Below are positions 62,376-64,000 of a stretch of 64,000 nucleotides of DNA, piece after piece; position 1 is the first letter of the stretch; each line of letters starts with the position of its first letter. A model generated the notes under the pieces. That model was given only the letters and a program-made list of their open reading frames with translations, did no database searches and was not told the DNA's origin. Source of the DNA: an uncultured Methanosarcinales archaeon (lineage in GTDB: Archaea; Nanobdellota; Nanobdellia; Woesearchaeales; GW2011-AR15); NCBI GenBank assembly GCA_964537195.1, contig CAZHYZ010000002.1, forward strand, positions 66,416 to 130,415, read 5' to 3'. A program made the position numbers and the translations under genes.

Positions 62376-64000
62376 ATGAACATGAAAAAACAACTGCTCT
62401 TGCTTTTATTTCTTGTTTTGTTGCCAATGTCGTTGGCAAAATCAGGTCACATGACTTTATTGGCTGTGTCTAACGAAGAAAATCCCAAAGGCAGCACAGC
62501 AGATTTATTTCTAGAAGTCCAGGAAGGCACAGGCAGGGTGTTTATAGATTCTTTTCCTCTTTCAAAATTAGACACACAAATATCTACAAGATTTGGAAGA
62601 CAAATAGCATGTAACTTTATAGAAAAGGACTGTTCAAAATTTGACTTTTTTTACACAATTAGGGCAGACAGTACAATTGTTGGGGGACCAAGTGCAAGTG
62701 CTGCCATTACTGTCCTGACTGTGTCTGTTTTAGAAGATTTACCGTTAGATGAATCAACATCAATTACAGGAACAATAAACTCAGGAGGTATTATTGGTCC
62801 TGTTGGCGGCATAGAATCAAAAATCCAGGCAGGTTCAGAGAGTGGTATGAAGAAGGTTTTAATTCCTAAATTCACTTCACTGAATCAGTCTAATATCTCA
62901 GATTATGAAGATTTGTATAATATAGATGTTGTTGAAGTCTCACATCTTGCAGAAGCACTAACTGAAATGACGGGAAAAAACTATTCTCTTAATGGAGAGG
63001 TGACTGCTAGCAGAGAATATCTTCGGACAATGGAAAGCATAGGAAAAGAATTGTGCAATCGGGCAGAGACGCTCTCTGAGAAAGTGTATGGCGATGAAGA
63101 TAACACTTCTCAGTTGTTAATCAAAGGTCTTAAGGCGATAAATCAAAGTGAATATTATAGTGCTGCTAGCTTTTGTTTTGGTGCCAACATAAATCTTAGA
63201 TATGAGGTCTTACAATCAGAGAAACTAAGTATAGACCAGATAAAACAAAAAATTATTGAGACGAGGAGCGCGGTGGGTGACTTTCAGAACCATACAGATA
63301 AAAAAGAACTTAACACGATCACCGATTTGGAGACATATATGGTTGTAAAGGACAGATTACATGAAGCAGATTCTCGGTTAGAAGATGCACTTTTTGAATT
63401 AGCACAGAACAACCTAAATTCTAGTCTGAAAAATCTGGCAATAGGTACAGAACGTTTGAACAGTGCTCAATCCTGGTCAAATTTTTTTGGAAAAGATGGA
63501 AAGAAATTTCACATTAATAAAGAAGTTTTAGAGCAATCCTGTCTTAATAAGATATCTGAAGTTGAAGAGAGAATACAGTATATCGAAATCTATGTTTCAA
63601 CAGGAACAGAGGAAGCAAGACGAACGGTCAAGGAGTCGTATTCTGATTATAATGAAGGAAACCCCGAACTATGCTTATACAAAGCTAGTATAGCAAAAGC
63701 CAAGATAGATCTTATTCTGAATAGTATGGCGCTTGATTCGGAAAAAGTTGACCAAGTTATAGAAGACAGATTAGAGATTGTAGGTTCTTATATATCAAAG
63801 CAGAACAAAAGAGACATTTTTCCAATGTTATCCTATAGCTACTATGAATATGCAAATTCATTAAAAGAATCTGATCAATATTCAGCCCTGCTTTATCTAG
63901 AATATGCTTTGGAGTTAGGGACTCTTGATATTTATTTTGAGAAAAAGCAGATAGATTTACCTAACATAAATTGGGATATATATTTAGCATATGGTTCTGG
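62376..64000 (+). CDS. Secreted Lon-like S16 peptidase domain protein with a long C-terminal helical domain (3' end outside the window)
   Basis: Signal peptide MNMKKQLLLLLFLVLLPMSLA. Lon_C catalytic Ser motif VGGPSASAAITV and Lys in GGIESKIQAG. The ORF stays open to 64000. Confidence 0.65.
   Translation, partial: MNMKKQLLLLLFLVLLPMSLAKSGHMTLLAVSNEENPKGSTADLFLEVQEGTGRVFIDSFPLSKLDTQISTRFGRQIACNFIEKDCSKFDFFYTIRADSTIVGGPSASAAITVLTVSVLEDLPLDESTSITGTINSGGIIGPVGGIESKIQAGSESGMKKVLIPKFTSLNQSNISDYEDLYNIDVVEVSHLAEALTEMTGKNYSLNGEVTASREYLRTMESIGKELCNRAETLSEKVYGDEDNTSQLLIKGLKAINQSEYYSAASFCFGANINLRYEVLQSEKLSIDQIKQKIIETRSAVGDFQNHTDKKELNTITDLETYMVVKDRLHEADSRLEDALFELAQNNLNSSLKNLAIGTERLNSAQSWSNFFGKDGKKFHINKEVLEQSCLNKISEVEERIQYIEIYVSTGTEEARRTVKESYSDYNEGNPELCLYKASIAKAKIDLILNSMALDSEKVDQVIEDRLEIVGSYISKQNKRDIFPMLSYSYYEYANSLKESDQYSALLYLEYALELGTLDIYFEKKQIDLPNINWDIYLAYGS

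Noticed and set aside
1-64000. CRISPR arrays, tRNA genes, integrases and transposases
   Set aside because: Intergenic regions and GC-rich islands were scanned by eye. Only the 5S rRNA and RNase P RNA islands were found. No regularly spaced direct repeats, no cloverleaf-sized GC-rich segments, and no integrase or transposase-like ORFs were seen.

Overview
This is an AT-rich (~30% GC) stretch of archaeal chromosome. Archaeal identity is supported by eL34 and eL14 ribosomal proteins, the RFC small subunit, Hef, Pelota, HerA and NurA, TrmB, ADP-forming acetyl-CoA synthetase, and an archaeal-type RNase P RNA. The small-protein, DPANN-like character is an inference only.

The first ~29 kb (1463..29700) is a large surface-glycan biosynthesis and decoration island. 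It holds two nucleotide-sugar dehydrogenases, UDP-xylose synthase, three epimerase/dehydratases, at least seven glycosyltransferases, a Wzx-like flippase, a pyruvyl transferase, two methyltransferases (one broken into three frames), a complete-looking sulfation module (CysQ, APS kinase, PAPS-type sulfotransferase), and a carbamoylation module (OTC-like transcarbamylase with an altered substrate loop, a NodU/CmcH carbamoyltransferase, and small membrane proteins).

The most unusual gene in the island encodes an NMNAT-like HxGH nucleotidyltransferase domain fused to a diverged APS-kinase paralogue, directly upstream of a canonical cysC. No Sat or CysDN sulfate adenylyltransferase is in the window, so this fusion is a candidate non-canonical sulfate-activating enzyme.

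Other notable items:
- A 5S rRNA gene carries a ~33-nt hairpin insertion in loop C and lies next to a free-standing double-motif LAGLIDADG endonuclease.
- A five-gene cluster of membrane and secreted proteins (47547..53540) includes three paralogous lipoproteins.
- HerA and NurA genes are separated by an AsnB-like PP-loop protein and a PfkB kinase.
- A type IA topoisomerase with zinc ribbons, an ABC exporter with an ArsR-like membrane regulator, an RNase P RNA, a transaldolase, and a secreted Lon-like S16 peptidase (runs off the window) complete the region.

No CRISPR array, tRNA, integrase or transposase was seen. All calls come from reading the translations and sequence. No database search was run.
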